Positions 1-12,200 of a stretch of DNA of 64,000 nt are shown here, piece after piece. The position numbers and the translations under genes are program-made. Under the pieces are notes generated by a model. That model was not told the DNA's origin and made no database searches. It worked only from the letters and a program-made list of their open reading frames with translations. Source of the DNA: Paragordius varius (taxonomy: Eukaryota > Animalia > Nematomorpha). Within the stretch, counting starts at the first letter, position 1. The number at the start of each line of letters is the position of its first letter. The DNA lies in the NCBI GenBank assembly GCA_964247055.1, contig OZ176056.1, positions 7,254,001-7,318,000 on the forward strand. The letters are read 5' to 3'.

Positions 1-1990
1 AATAGTGAAAGAATACCGATAGCTTATGCCTCACAAAAGTGTAGTAACGCTGAAAGGAATTATTCCACTATCGAGAAGGAATTAAAAGCAATATTGTTTG
101 CTTTAAAAAAGTTTCATAGATTCGTATATGGTAGAAAATTTATAATATTAACTGACCATTTTACCTTTAGTAAAGTTAATAAATAGAGATCGAAATTTAA
201 AAGAAATACATAATGCTAAAGTACTAAGATGGATTAATATGATAAATGAATACGACTTTGAAATAAGTCATTAAAAAGGAGCTCAAAATAGAGCTGATTA
301 TTTATCGAGATGGCCGATTGACGAGATCGTTGCTTATGATGAAGATTATGCGGTTACCAGATATCTGAGATTTTTTAATTGTCATAATGTGCGGTTAAGC
401 AGAGATGAAATAACCGCATTAGATCCAGTATTACAAAAAGTAATTAAAGCGTTAAACAACCATGACTGGAGTTCTCCAGAATTAGAAAAGTATGTAAACC
501 GTAAAGTCGAGTTGGCATATCAATATGGCTTATTAAGATTCATCGGATTATAATTTTGAAGCCCCTCCAAAATGAGGTGGTGAGATACCTACACAGCGGT
601 CATAACAACGTAGAGACCAGGAAAGCGTGGCCAGATTTACGTGTTATTGGCCTGAATTAGAAAATGACCTGGTAAAAGCCAGTAGTCAATGCGAATCGTG
701 CCAACGTAGTAGGCCGAATCAGAATTATACATATCAGTGGGATCATAATGTTGCTGTGTGAGAGCGTTTGCATATTGATATAGCCGGACCGGACGGTTTT
801 TATTAATTGTTGATAATTGATAGTGCCTTGAAATAGGCAGAAGGGTTTATTTTAAAAAAGGTAACCGCAGCTAATATAATCCAAAAAGTAGAAGAAACGT
901 TTGCAAGGTTTGGCTTTGCAAGAGAGATCGTTAGCGATAACGCTTCGTATTTCAGTAATGAGTATTTCACGTCAACCTTAAGTACGTTAGGGGTGAAACA
1001 TATTAAGGTTACCCCCTACTACCCAAGAGTAATGGGATGGTAGAAAGGCTAGTGGGTTTAATAAAAAATAATGCGATATCCACCCACGAAGCGTTTAACA
1101 CTAGCTTATGGGCGTATAGAAATTCTATACACTCAAAAAAGAAAGAAACCCCGGTCAAGTTAATAATCAAGCGTACGCCCCATACCCCCTTAACCTGGTT
1201 AAATAGTAGGGCGAGATTTCTAGATGCACCGGCCCCCCGACGGCAGTTTGCCATTAATGACCAGGTAATGATTAAAAATGAGCTAAGTCCAGAATGGCGC
1301 GCCGGAGAGATTACGGACCGTACAGGGTTATTTTCATACAAGGTATGGGACAAGGACCGGGACAAAGTTGTGAGGAAACACGCTAACCAAATAGTACACC
1401 AGCCGCAACCACAACCTACCACTGCCAGCAACACAAGTGAGGAGGATGAAACCACTGCCAAGGATGATGGAACAATCGCCGAAACGCAACCCAACACGAT
1501 CAATCCAAGTTACGAAACCGAACCAATTACTCCGACAGCCGAAATTCCAAGACAACCAGCTCCCCCGCAAAAATACAGGAACGACGGGACCCAACAAGAA
1601 GTCGTCAGAAACCCGCCCGCTTTCGTTAGAACAGGGTAGTGATGTTATAGTGGTAACTGACAGGCTAATTTGAATGAACCTTTTATTATACTATTAGATT
1701 AACCGCACAAACAACATTCGTTATATATTATCATATTAACCTCTTATCTTATGTGTGTAGTATTATTATATTACTATAACCTCACCATCACGTATGATTA
1801 TTATTATTATACCTTGAGTTAATTGTTTAAAAGCAAACATCTCACCTTGATATATGTGAATACATTAGACCTAATTATCTTAGATATATGTATAGGTAGA
1901 TCATTATATACCAACGAATACATATATACAATATATTTACCGTTATTGACGCTACTTGTAGTCCCCATTTATTAAGGGGTAACCACAACA
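1..1990 (+). mobile_element. 3' part of a decayed Ty3/Gypsy (Mag-like) LTR retrotransposon: RNase H, integrase, PPT and 3' LTR
   Basis: The start translates to PIAYASQKCSNAERNYSTIEKELKAILFALKKFHRFVYGRKFIILTDH (RNase H). Integrase remnants follow (HIDIAGP; EIVSDNA; YYPKSNGMVERLV in ORF 1037-1639), broken by stops and frameshifts. A purine-rich tract AGAACAGGGTAGTGA lies just before the LTR. Confidence 0.93.
1643..1990 (+). repeat. 3' LTR (~348 bp, TGTT...AACA)
   Basis: Starts TGTTATAGTGGTAACT right after the PPT and ends CACAACA. It is homologous to the split LTR at 56819-56942 + 60318-~60531. Confidence 0.85.
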
Positions 1991-2147
1991 AATTGGCATT
2001 TTACATATTGATCACACAGTCAGGTTTTCTGTAACACCCTTGGGTGAAATAGTGAATTTAACCATCAGCACTCCCTATCTTTTCTTTGTGGTTGGAGAAT
2101 TACAATCTATTTTGATAAAAGGAAGATTCTTTAATCCGACTTATCAT

Positions 2148-2862
2148 TAGGGTTGTGCATTTGACTGCTTTTTCAAAAAAGTCCGGTCAGACCCAGTCAG
2201 ACCATGGTCGTGACCGTGGTCATGACCACTTTTTACTTAAAGTCATGCGATATTGGATTGTCAAAATAATGTTCGAATTGCACTTACGTTTCACTAATAA
2301 TGTCATGTTTTTCTGGAAAGTTTGTATTATACATTTTTTTGATAATTATTATTTACAAATATCTTCAATCGAATTTAATTAAGAAATTGTTTTCAAATAA
2401 ATTTGCCACATGTTTAAGGCCTTCTGAATCTTCAATTACGTAGCTTATACTGGATATTTCAAATAAAATTTTACCTAGTTTTAACACTTTCTTTCATCAT
2501 TAAAATATCCAATTATATTATGTTTTATTGGTTCACATATATGGAAAAATTGGATTTGCAAGTGCTTGATTGTTTTGTTTTAAGAAATAATTGGATATGC
2601 TAAAATGCTTATGTTTTTAGGATGCATGTTTAAAAAAAATATATTGTTAAATAAGTATATTTAAATATTTAATTTTTATTTTTTGAAAAATATATATTAA
2701 AAAACAATAAAATCTTATTATTTCTCTTCCAAAAAATATTTACTAGCATTTTTTCAAAAAACAGCTGTTTCTTTCAATGACCATGGTCAAAAAATAAATA
2801 GTCACTGACCTGGTCATGACCCGGTCAATTGACCGGGTCATGACTTAGTCAGCACAACCCTA
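2148..2862. mobile_element. hAT-type MITE (715 bp), copy 1
   Basis: TIR TAGGGTTGTGC...GCACAACCCTA with a perfect 8-bp TSD CTTATCAT (2140-2147 and 2863-2870). Subterminal GACC/GGTC repeats; no ORF. Confidence 0.92.
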
Positions 2863-3124
2863 CTTATCATACAACAATGATCCCATCGTTGCGAACAATG
2901 ACTCGCCCTCGAAAATAAAATTGAATAAAACAATTTAATTATAATATTTGAATTATGAATTTTATTCTTGTCGAATAAATAATATGGTATTTATGTATTA
3001 GTTTTATTAATGATATATTTTTTTACCTGATCAGAAGTCAAAATATACTAAATATATTTTGTAAAAAAAAATTTTAGTACAGCATTTTCGATAAGTACCT
3101 ATTCTTTATAATTACCAAAGCCAA

Positions 3125-5149
3125 TCTATCTATATAGATATGAAAATGGAAAATGCTGGCTTTGTGATCTGTTTCCGGAAAACCGGTATACCCATTCAAA
3201 TCCAAATGTCGAACCCGACAATAGATTCGCCCTTTTTTGAATGAGGCGCTCAGTTCGGACCCACCCCGTCTAAAAAACGGGTTTTTGACAACAGAAGTCC
3301 ACAAAAATCTTTTTTACCTATTTTCGATTGCGCCGAACATAGTCGTCTCGCTTTTTTGATTTAGGCCCTCTTTTACCCGAATATGAGTTTAATCCGTACT
3401 TAAAAATATTACCCGTAACAAGGCAAAAATTTTGGCCGTGCGGCTTTTTAAAATTAGCCGTAAATTAGATCCTCCACGCCCTGAAAAATGCGCCACCATA
3501 GAATGATTTTTTGATTTTGAGGCAATTTTTTCAAAAACTAATGAAAGCATATGGAATCAATCATGATTCCAGGTTTTTTCCGATAGGCAAAAATTTTAAT
3601 CAAGCGCTTTTTTGTATCAATCTCTGGGTAGGGAGCTACCCGCCTAAAACTTGTCATATCGAAATTGCGTTGTTCAGGATTTAATAGAAAACTTATCAGG
3701 CCACATAAGTTTAATATAGGCCTGAGATATTACCCGTAAAAAGACAAAATATAAGTCAAGCGTTTTTTTAGCGGTTAAATAGGCCCTCTGTTCCCTAAAA
3801 ATACGCTATCATTGAACTATTATTTAGTTATGAAGCCATTCCTCCATAAACTTTTAAGAAATGGAATGAATGATGATTCCAGGTAATCCTGTATAAATGC
3901 AAAAATTTTTTATCTAACTACATTTTTATATTGGCCTCTGGGTAGGGGGCTACCCGCCTACAACTGCGCATATCGATACAGCATGCCTTTGAAGCCAAAT
4001 TTAAAAATCAGGCCATATTAGTTTAATAAGGGCTTGAAATATTACCCGTAAAAAGGCAAATTAGAGTGGTATTATTAAATTACCCCTTAATTAGCTTGCC
4101 CTGAAAAATGCGCCACCATAGAATGAATTATTGGTTTTGAGGCAATTTTTCACGAGAGCATATGGAATCAGTCATGATTCCAGTTATTACCCGAATTAAA
4201 AATTTGAAACGAGCGTTTTTTGTTTCGCCCCTGGTTAGGTGGCTACCCGCATAAAACTGCGAAACCATATCGATACAGCATGCCTTTGGAGCCAAATTTC
4301 AGAAAACCTATGTGTCTAATAGTAACGTATGGAATCCATGATAATTCCAGATATTCCACAAATAAAGACAAAAATTTTGCCCAACGCTTTTTTTACCCCT
4401 TAAATAAGGAGCTACCCGTCAAAAACTGCGCATATGGAAATTGCGTTGTTTTGTAACTAATTTACAGAAAATTTATGAAGCCCTGAGTTCATTAAAAGCT
4501 GGAAATATTATCCGTAACTAGATAAAAATTAAGGTCGGGCTTTTTTAATCAGCCGTTAATTTGGAGCTTTTATGCCCCTAACGCCATCACATAACGATTA
4601 TTTAGTGTTAAGGTATTTTTTCGAAAACCCCATGAGACGAAGGTATCAAAGATGATTCCAATTTGCCCTATTAAGGCAAAGAATTTAACTCAGCGCTTTT
4701 CCATATAGATCTATGGGTAGGGGTAAGCGGTTTAAAACTGAGACGCCATGCAATGGCGTGGTTTTGGAGATGATTAAAAAACTTAAGAAGATATACGAGT
4801 TAAGTTTTAAACTGGGAATTTGTATATCATTCTTTCCTTTAAAAAGGGACCAAAAATGAGTTACTTTTTATATCCCTTAATCCCAGCTGTGTGAACACAA
4901 TTATAAAATAAACTTTTAACCAAAATTTCGTAAACGAAAATCTTAAATTAAATCCAATGATAGTTAAATATTAACTTTCATAAGAACCAGTTTAAATATG
5001 ATCGATTTCAAATAACAATATTTAAGCCTATGCAAAAACTCGTAAAAGATTAATTAAAGACATTTTTTTATTTAATATATATTTTGCAAATTATTAAGAA
5101 TAATTATCGGTGAAACTACGTCACAGCGAAGCGTTACAGGGCCAGCTAG
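3125..5149 (+). mobile_element. Non-autonomous Helitron (~2.0 kb), complete copy with internal ~160-bp modules
   Basis: 5' end A|TCTATCTATATAG...AAAATGG; 3' end GC-rich hairpin (CACAGCGAAGCG) then CTAG|T at 5146-5150; no TSD. Five further copies occur in the window. Confidence 0.88.
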
Positions 5150-5513
5150 TATAAAATAAAATATAACCAGATTTAGAATTTTGGTTAATATTTGAATATA
5201 GATGTCGTTGTTAATTTATGTTAATAAAATATTTTTATTTTTAAATTAAATAGCAACGCCTGAGGCATTTCAATGCATTTTATATGCGATCCGCAAAAAA
5301 TTTCGTAATTTTATATATGAACAATGTGCAACAATTTTGCAATGTTTGTCGATGTACACAACCCTAACAGTCAAAATTTTTCGGTAAGTACCACTGAATG
5401 AACTAAACAAAGCGAAAGTGGTCTTAATATATTCCTAAGTTTTTTTGTTGATTATTTAATGCGTGAAAAATATATGGTTTTTAAAGCTTTTAATTTTTGT
5501 AACAGGATGTTCT

Positions 5514-5597
5514 GACCAACAAAGTCCTACTGCTACCTCCATGCAGTGTTGGTCGGATCACCCTTGGGAACAAACAGCAGAGGCCAGTTTTGGATGT
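5514..5597 (+). ncRNA. Candidate HDV-like self-cleaving ribozyme at the RTE 5' end (possibly degenerate)
   Basis: P1 GACCAACA(5514-21)/TGTTGGTC(5547-54); P2 GTCCTA(5524-29)/TTGGAT(5590-95, one U.U); P3 CTGC(5530-33)/GCAG(5543-46); L3 with CC and GG after P1' (P1.1). G1 is the first base after the TSD. Confidence 0.45.
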
Positions 5598-5817
5598 TCT
5601 GCAAAAACATCTACTCCGTAAGGAGTTTTTTCACGAGGGCATATGAAAAGTAAAAACCTCGCCTCAACCTATAACTGCTAACTCTCTAACGAAACGATAA
5701 TAATAATTGATATTACATTTTTAATAACTTCTACCTACTATCATAACAATAATGTATTTATATCCTATTTATTTTACCATTATATACTAATCATTACAAA
5801 ACCCTTCTACCTGAATT

Positions 5818-8637
5818 ATGAATAATCTCAACACATGTAAATTTGCTACCTGGAACGTCGGTACTTTAAATGGAAAACTACACATGATAATTGATTTTCT
5901 CGATTCTAAGAATGTTGACATCTGCTGCTTACAAGAAACCAGATTAAAAGGAGATAACTTAATTACCACGAACAATTACACACTCTACTATCAAGGACAA
6001 ATGGTCAGGTTGGTGTAGCGATAGCGATTAAAAATTGTCTTCGCGAAAACGTTATCCAAGTAACGAGACACAATGAAATTATACAGCTTAAGGTTGTGCA
6101 CGATGACTACATCCTAAATATAATATCGATATACGCGCCCTAACCAGGTTTAAAAGACGAAATTAAACAACAATTTTGGACGGAACTCCAAGGTCTAACA
6201 AATACAATACCAGGCAAGGAATCCATCTTCTTAGGAGGTGACTTTAACAGTCACATTAGTAATAATGAACACGATTTCTGGGAAGTCCATGGCGGAAACG
6301 GCTATGGCAGTACTGACAAGATGGGAGAACAGATGTTAGAATATTGCCAAGCAAACCAACTAATAATAGCCAACACCCACTTCACAAAAAACCACAATCA
6401 ACTTACCACTTTTCAAACAGCAAACTCTTCTACCATGATAGATTATATCCTTCTCCCTAAAATAAAACGGCCCCAATTAGTTAACATTAAAACTCACCAA
6501 ACAAGCTTCACACAACACAAAATAGTGATTGCAGTCTGAAAAATAAACCCTTATACCAAAGACCACCAAAAGTAATCACAATAAACTACAAAATCAAACA
6601 ATCAGAAACAAATACATCAACCAGGCATCCGAAACGCTCCAAAACAGTGAATCCATTGGTTCAAGATGGGATAACCTAAAAACATTAGTTAAAACAGCAG
6701 ATAATAATTATGGGAGTTGCAAACCATACAATAAAAAAACGAAAAATTGGTGGTGGAAAAAGGAATTAAAAGAAATTACTAAAGAAAAAAACGACGCCTT
6801 CAAAGCATGGAAAAGGGATAGCAATGATAAAAACAAACAAACATATCTGATCGCAAAACACAAAGCGCAGAAAGAAATTAGAAAAACTATAAATGAAAAT
6901 TGCCTAAAACCGGCCACTAAGCTAGAGGACCAGGTTAAAAATAAAAAAATCTTTAAATACATAAAAAACATAAACTCAAACAAACAAGATATCATTAAAA
7001 CTAAATGTATCAAAAACAATATGAATGAGATAATCTCTAACCCAGAAAGTGTAATTAAGATATGGAAAGAAAGCTTCGAAGAATCAATGAACCAAACCAA
7101 CAATTTAAAAACCCTCTAACACTAAAACCACCCACAAGCGGACCCATCCACGAAATCACAGAAAACGAAGTATTAAAAGCAATACAAAAAATGAAGCCAA
7201 ACAAGTCGTCAGGTGCAAGCGAACTATCAATTAATCTACTTAAACCAATACCATACCATGCTTAACATCATACCTTACAAATTTTTTTAATGAAATTATT
7301 ACCAAACGTGAAATTCCCCATGACTAGAATAAAAGTATAACGATCCCTATATATAAAAATAAGGGGGATCGTCTCGTCTGCTCATCATACCGCCCCTTAA
7401 AACTTCTAGAACACACTTTCAAAATATTTGAAAGCATCATTGACAACCGCTTTAGACAAACCATTACAATAACAAATAATCAGTTTACATTTGGTAAAGT
7501 ACACAGCACTACAGATGCCATCTTCATTATCAGGCAACTACAGGAAAAATACCTTTAAAAAAATCTAAAACTTTTCCACATCTTTCTAGACCTGGAGAAA
7601 GCTTTTTATCCCTAGAGCAACAATCAAATGGGCCATAAGACAAAATTACATCGAAGAATATTTAATAGAAATAATATTACTTCTTTATGAAAATACAACT
7701 ACAATGGTACGCACGCAAATAGGAGACACGGAACCTTTCAAGACAAACACTGGCCTACACCAAGGGTATGTACTCCCATTACTATTCATTATAATATTAA
7801 ACTGTATCACAAAAAACATATCTGCCCAACCGCCCTGGGAGTTAATCTTCGCGGATGACATTGTTCCAACAGATAAAATATGTCAAACAAATTTAGAACA
7901 TGGAAAATCTGTCTAGAGAATGGGCTGGAAATAAATATTAAAAAAACAAAAATAATGATATTAGGAGATCGTACGCAGCGCCCCAAATATCCATGCGCTA
8001 TCTGCGACAAGGAAGTCAAAACAAATTCAATAAAATGCAACAAATGCAAATTCTGGGTTCACAAAAAATGCTCCAAAATCACCGGCAAACTAAACAAACA
8101 AATACTGTAAAAACAATAATCCAACTCAAACATGCATATGTGACAATCGACGAAAACTCAATAGAAAAAGTAGACCAGTTTACATATCTAGGAGACGTCA
8201 TAGACTCTAAAGGCCATATAACTGGAGCAATAAGGAAACGAATTTAACAAGCATGGGGTAAAGTTAACTCTCTAAAATTTGTCCTTAAAAATAAAAATGC
8301 TAACAATAATAAATGGCTAATATACAAAGCAGGAATCAGGCCAGCTCTTACTTACGCCACCGAAACATGGCCCCTAAATAAAACAAATCTTGACAAAATG
8401 ATAAATACGGAAAACAATATAATTAAAGCTTGCTGTTCTGATTACAATATTCATCTTAAATACAAAAATGACACAGTAGAAAAATTTATACAAAGAAGCA
8501 GGCTTAAATACTTGGGTCACATTGAAAGAAGACAAACCGACCATCCACTCCAAACCATTAAGCACATACAACCCTTTGGAAACAACCGCAAAGGGCGCCC
8601 AATACATTCCTGGACGACAACATTTAAAATGACATAA
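5818..8637 (+). pseudogene. RTE endonuclease-reverse transcriptase ORF, multiply disrupted
   Basis: ORF-track fragments 5818-6018, 6321-6539, 7062-7265, 7704-7916, 7880-8110, 7993-8247 and 8398-8637 are collinear pieces of one EN-RT protein. Confidence 0.88.
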
Positions 8638-8944
8638 AAATACTAAACCTCGACATTACCAAATGTCTAGATAATGACCTTTGGAATAAGACCGTAAATG
8701 GTAACCTTCAAACATGAAATCAAAAAGCCATCAAGTATCAAGGCGATGTTCTTAAGAAGGTAGAAACAATATTGCTTAATATCATAAACCATTTTTGATT
8801 CATGATATTATCTAGCCCTAGGCCAAAAAGCATTTGTTTATTTCCATATGTCATAATAAAGTAAAGTACCCCAAACAAAAATTAATATAAAAAAACAGAT
8901 TGAATAACAAGATGGATGGTTAATTTTCCAAATTTTTTCAAAAT

Positions 8945-9135
8945 ATCCAATTTTTCAGTCAAAAACAACACTTTTTCAAACAAGCGCAACATTTTCTCAA
9001 GCAACCGCAATATTTTTAAACGGAACATTTTTTAAACCAAATGCAATATTCTTAAAACAAACGCAACATTTTTCAAACACTGAAAAAATGGTGCTTTTGT
9101 AGAAAAAAATGTTGCTTTTGACTGAAAAATGGATC
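8945..9135. repeat. Small foldback element built of ~21-bp tandem units (family A)
   Basis: The ends ATCCAATTTTTTCAGTCAAAAACAACA and TGTTGCTTTTGACTGAAAAATGGAT are inverted. About six CAACATTTTTCAAGCAAACG-like units lie inside. Confidence 0.7.
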
Positions 9136-9239
9136 ATCCTGTATATTTGAATGGTAAAAATATAATATATTGACCACTGTATTTATTGAAATGATAATAT
9201 TTTGCGTTTAAATCAATTTTTAAAACAATCAAGTTTATT

Positions 9240-12200
9240 TTAACAATTTAATAAGCCTTCGATATCAAATTCTTTGGACCAAGTGTTAACGATAGCAGAG
9301 TCTATCAGAGTCATTCCCTTATCATTTTCACCATTTATTGAACGAGCTGGGACTTGAGAAAAATATGGTATTTTTCCTCTATTTCATGCAAACAAAGGTA
9401 ATCATTAAATATCAATTGGAATTCAAGAGTACCTTCAACAGTTCAAGTCCTTGAACATTCCAAGAATGTTAAACGTTTCAAGCTGGTCCTTAAACACTTG
9501 AACTGGCCCCTAATTTTTGCAGGTTATCATTTAATTTGTTTTTTAGCCTAATATCTCGTTATTTATTATCACAATTATTTTTCAAACTATTACGCGGTAT
9601 TAACTTTAAAATTTCAATTAAAAATGTTAAGACCAACTTGATGTATTTAAAGACACTCTTGAAATGTTTAGGGGACTTGGTCACAAATATTCTTAAAGTC
9701 CAAATGGTATATATTAAAGCATTTTCATAAATAACTAAAAATAACCCAAACTATACTTTATTGACAATAAGTAATCGATCATTAAAAAATATATGTAACT
9801 TGGCAGCTTTAAAAATGTTAAGAGATTAATACAAATAAAAACAAAGCTAAAACATTACACACAAACTGAAATGAGGTATATCTTATTCATTGTAAAAATC
9901 CTCATTTAAAGTTAAAGAACTATAAATTATATCAAGCATCACCCGTTTAAATTAAGTTTGATTATACGGGAAAAGTGGTATATAAGTTTATCTTTAAGTT
10001 TTAACTTCAATTATATATAGTCGAACGACCCCCTTGTAGGAAAAAACATGGTGCTAAAGGTTCCGAATCATTTCCCTTTTGTTCTATTATTTAAGTAACT
10101 TTTTTATTATTTTATGATAATAAGAAAAAAAGTTATTTGATTTTTATATTGTCGCCTCATTGTAGGTCGAGAGTAAAATAAGTTGGTAAAAAATATTTAT
10201 CGTACTATAAAAAGTACGACATACCAAGTGTAGTCATAAGTCTTTACCGGTTTCGGTATAAAACACGTAATGCGAAATCAATAATTTTTTTGTTCAAAAT
10301 ATTGTTTATCGGTTTCTCCACATTTCGCCCATCTCTCAGAAAACATATGAAAGCCACGCCAGAGAAACTAATTGTAACGGCACATTCTTCGCTGTCATTT
10401 TCGAATGTCTCTATTATTATTAATGTGCAAGTCTGCGAGCGTATGCCCTATTGTTGTCAATAGGTAGTCAGATTCTTAAAATTAAAGATAGGGAAAGGAG
10501 AGAGGAAGAAATTTGTTAATGTTTACTTTTTTATGTCTATCAGAAGAAAACAGCAGATGCGGAAATTCTGATCGACGCATAAGGGCCCTTTCATTGGTTT
10601 TGTTGTGTAAGGAACATTTGGCTGTAATAACATGTCCATTCCGGTCGTTGATTTATGCAAGGAGAGTGATATTGTGCATTAACGGCACCTGATTTCAACC
10701 GTCATAATGCACAATACCGCTCTGGTTCCATTGAGCAAAGAGCATGGTTTTACTTGCCAAAGACATTTGGCCTGGTGTTGAAAAGTCACGGTTTAGCTTT
10801 GCAAAATAAAGCCACTTCTTATCACCTGTCACAATTAGATTCAAATTTCCTTTATTGACATAGAATGCGAATTTCACAAGTCACTTGGTGATTTTCGATT
10901 TGAGGTCATACAAATTGATTGGTGGCATTTACCGAATCTATTGGTCTTCCCAAAGCTCTTAAACTGATTGTTTTATTTAATACATGTAATTCTTTTGCCT
11001 GCCGTTAAGTTTGAGTTCCTAATTAGGTTTTCTCGTCTTTCCAGTTGTGTGTACCAGGGTACTCACTTTCATACACATTCAAATTAATGTTTCACCAGTA
11101 AGCGATGACTTTGAACAGCATTCTTCTCCTGATGGAATAAAAAAATGGGTGCCACTAATGTTCTTTACAGGCGGGAATTCGTCAAAATTATCGAATGAAC
11201 AAACGATAGTAGTTTTAATCGTACATGCGTATGTTTATCACTTTATATCATATGAACAATATGGCCCTCAGGTGAAGATCTGCGTAAGTTTCGCTACGCC
11301 TCCACTTAGTTACCGTAAAAATATGATTATACTTGATAAATAAAAATCTGATAATCATCTTATAAAAATAACATTTTAGGGGTCATAATAGAAAGTCCAC
11401 TATAGACTATATATAATTATTGGGATTCGGATCTTATTTTTGGTCTCTCAAACATCCCCTTTTGGTTTTAAATATATATAATTTATATAATATTTTTGCA
11501 TACTGATTCCAATCTTGAATTACATGACGTGCAGAGGCTTCAATATCCGGAATACCACCTTTCTTAAGTTTCCCCAATCTTTTAGCTAAACTTGTCAAAA
11601 ATGTATTGCAATCGTCATTTTTTTCTTTATTTTCACTATTTAAGCTATTCATATTGTCTAAATCCATATCCACTCCAGTTAAACCAGTTAATGGTTCTCT
11701 GATGAGTTTATATTTTTTTTCAAGCTAAATAAATTTATTTATGTGACATATCGTTTTTACAAGTTAAAACTTAAGTATGTAATATATTAATTAAAACTCT
11801 TTAACGAATTTTGGAATTGCTCTTTTCAAAGACAAAAAGTAAGGCGTTTATTTGTAAAAATATTTTTTGTTAATTTTGCTTAGATACAAAATATATTAAA
11901 ATTAATCAATAAAAAGTTAAAACACCTCTTATAATCTTCTATATGATACTGAATTTAAAAACTTAAAAATTAAAAAAATATTTTAGGCCCTACCCAAAAA
12001 TAATATTAATCAAAAATTACGATTGAATATTTTATTAATTAAATTTTGTTTTTATTATAATTTTTGAAAAGTTTAAATAATAAAACATACGGTTGCAATC
12101 CCACCACATTTAGCAATAATCTGTGTTATAACTCCAATAGGATCTTCGATATCTTCAATCTAATTGATTCAATAGTTAGTTGAGTAAAAAAATTTTTTAA

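Larger units (their letters stand above)
5514..8744 (+). mobile_element. Full-length but decayed RTE-clade LINE
   Basis: APE endonuclease (KFATWNVGTL, DICCLQETR, GGDFNSH, IDYIL); RT (YRPLKLL, FLDLEKAF, GLHQGYVL, IFADDI, FTYLG); internal Cys-rich CAIC...CNKC..WVHKKC segment as in RTEs; short ATCAAG tail repeats. Candidate TSD GATGTTCT at 5506-5513 and 8745-8752. Confidence 0.88.

Noticed and set aside
1009-1597. Minus-strand ORFs 1009-1503 and 1334-1597
   Set aside because: Antisense shadows of the integrase C-terminal ORF.
11040-11343. ORF 11047-11343 as a nested gene
   Set aside because: No recognisable product on +; the - strand looks like a decayed transposase tail (ISGTHFFIP) that I cannot assign.
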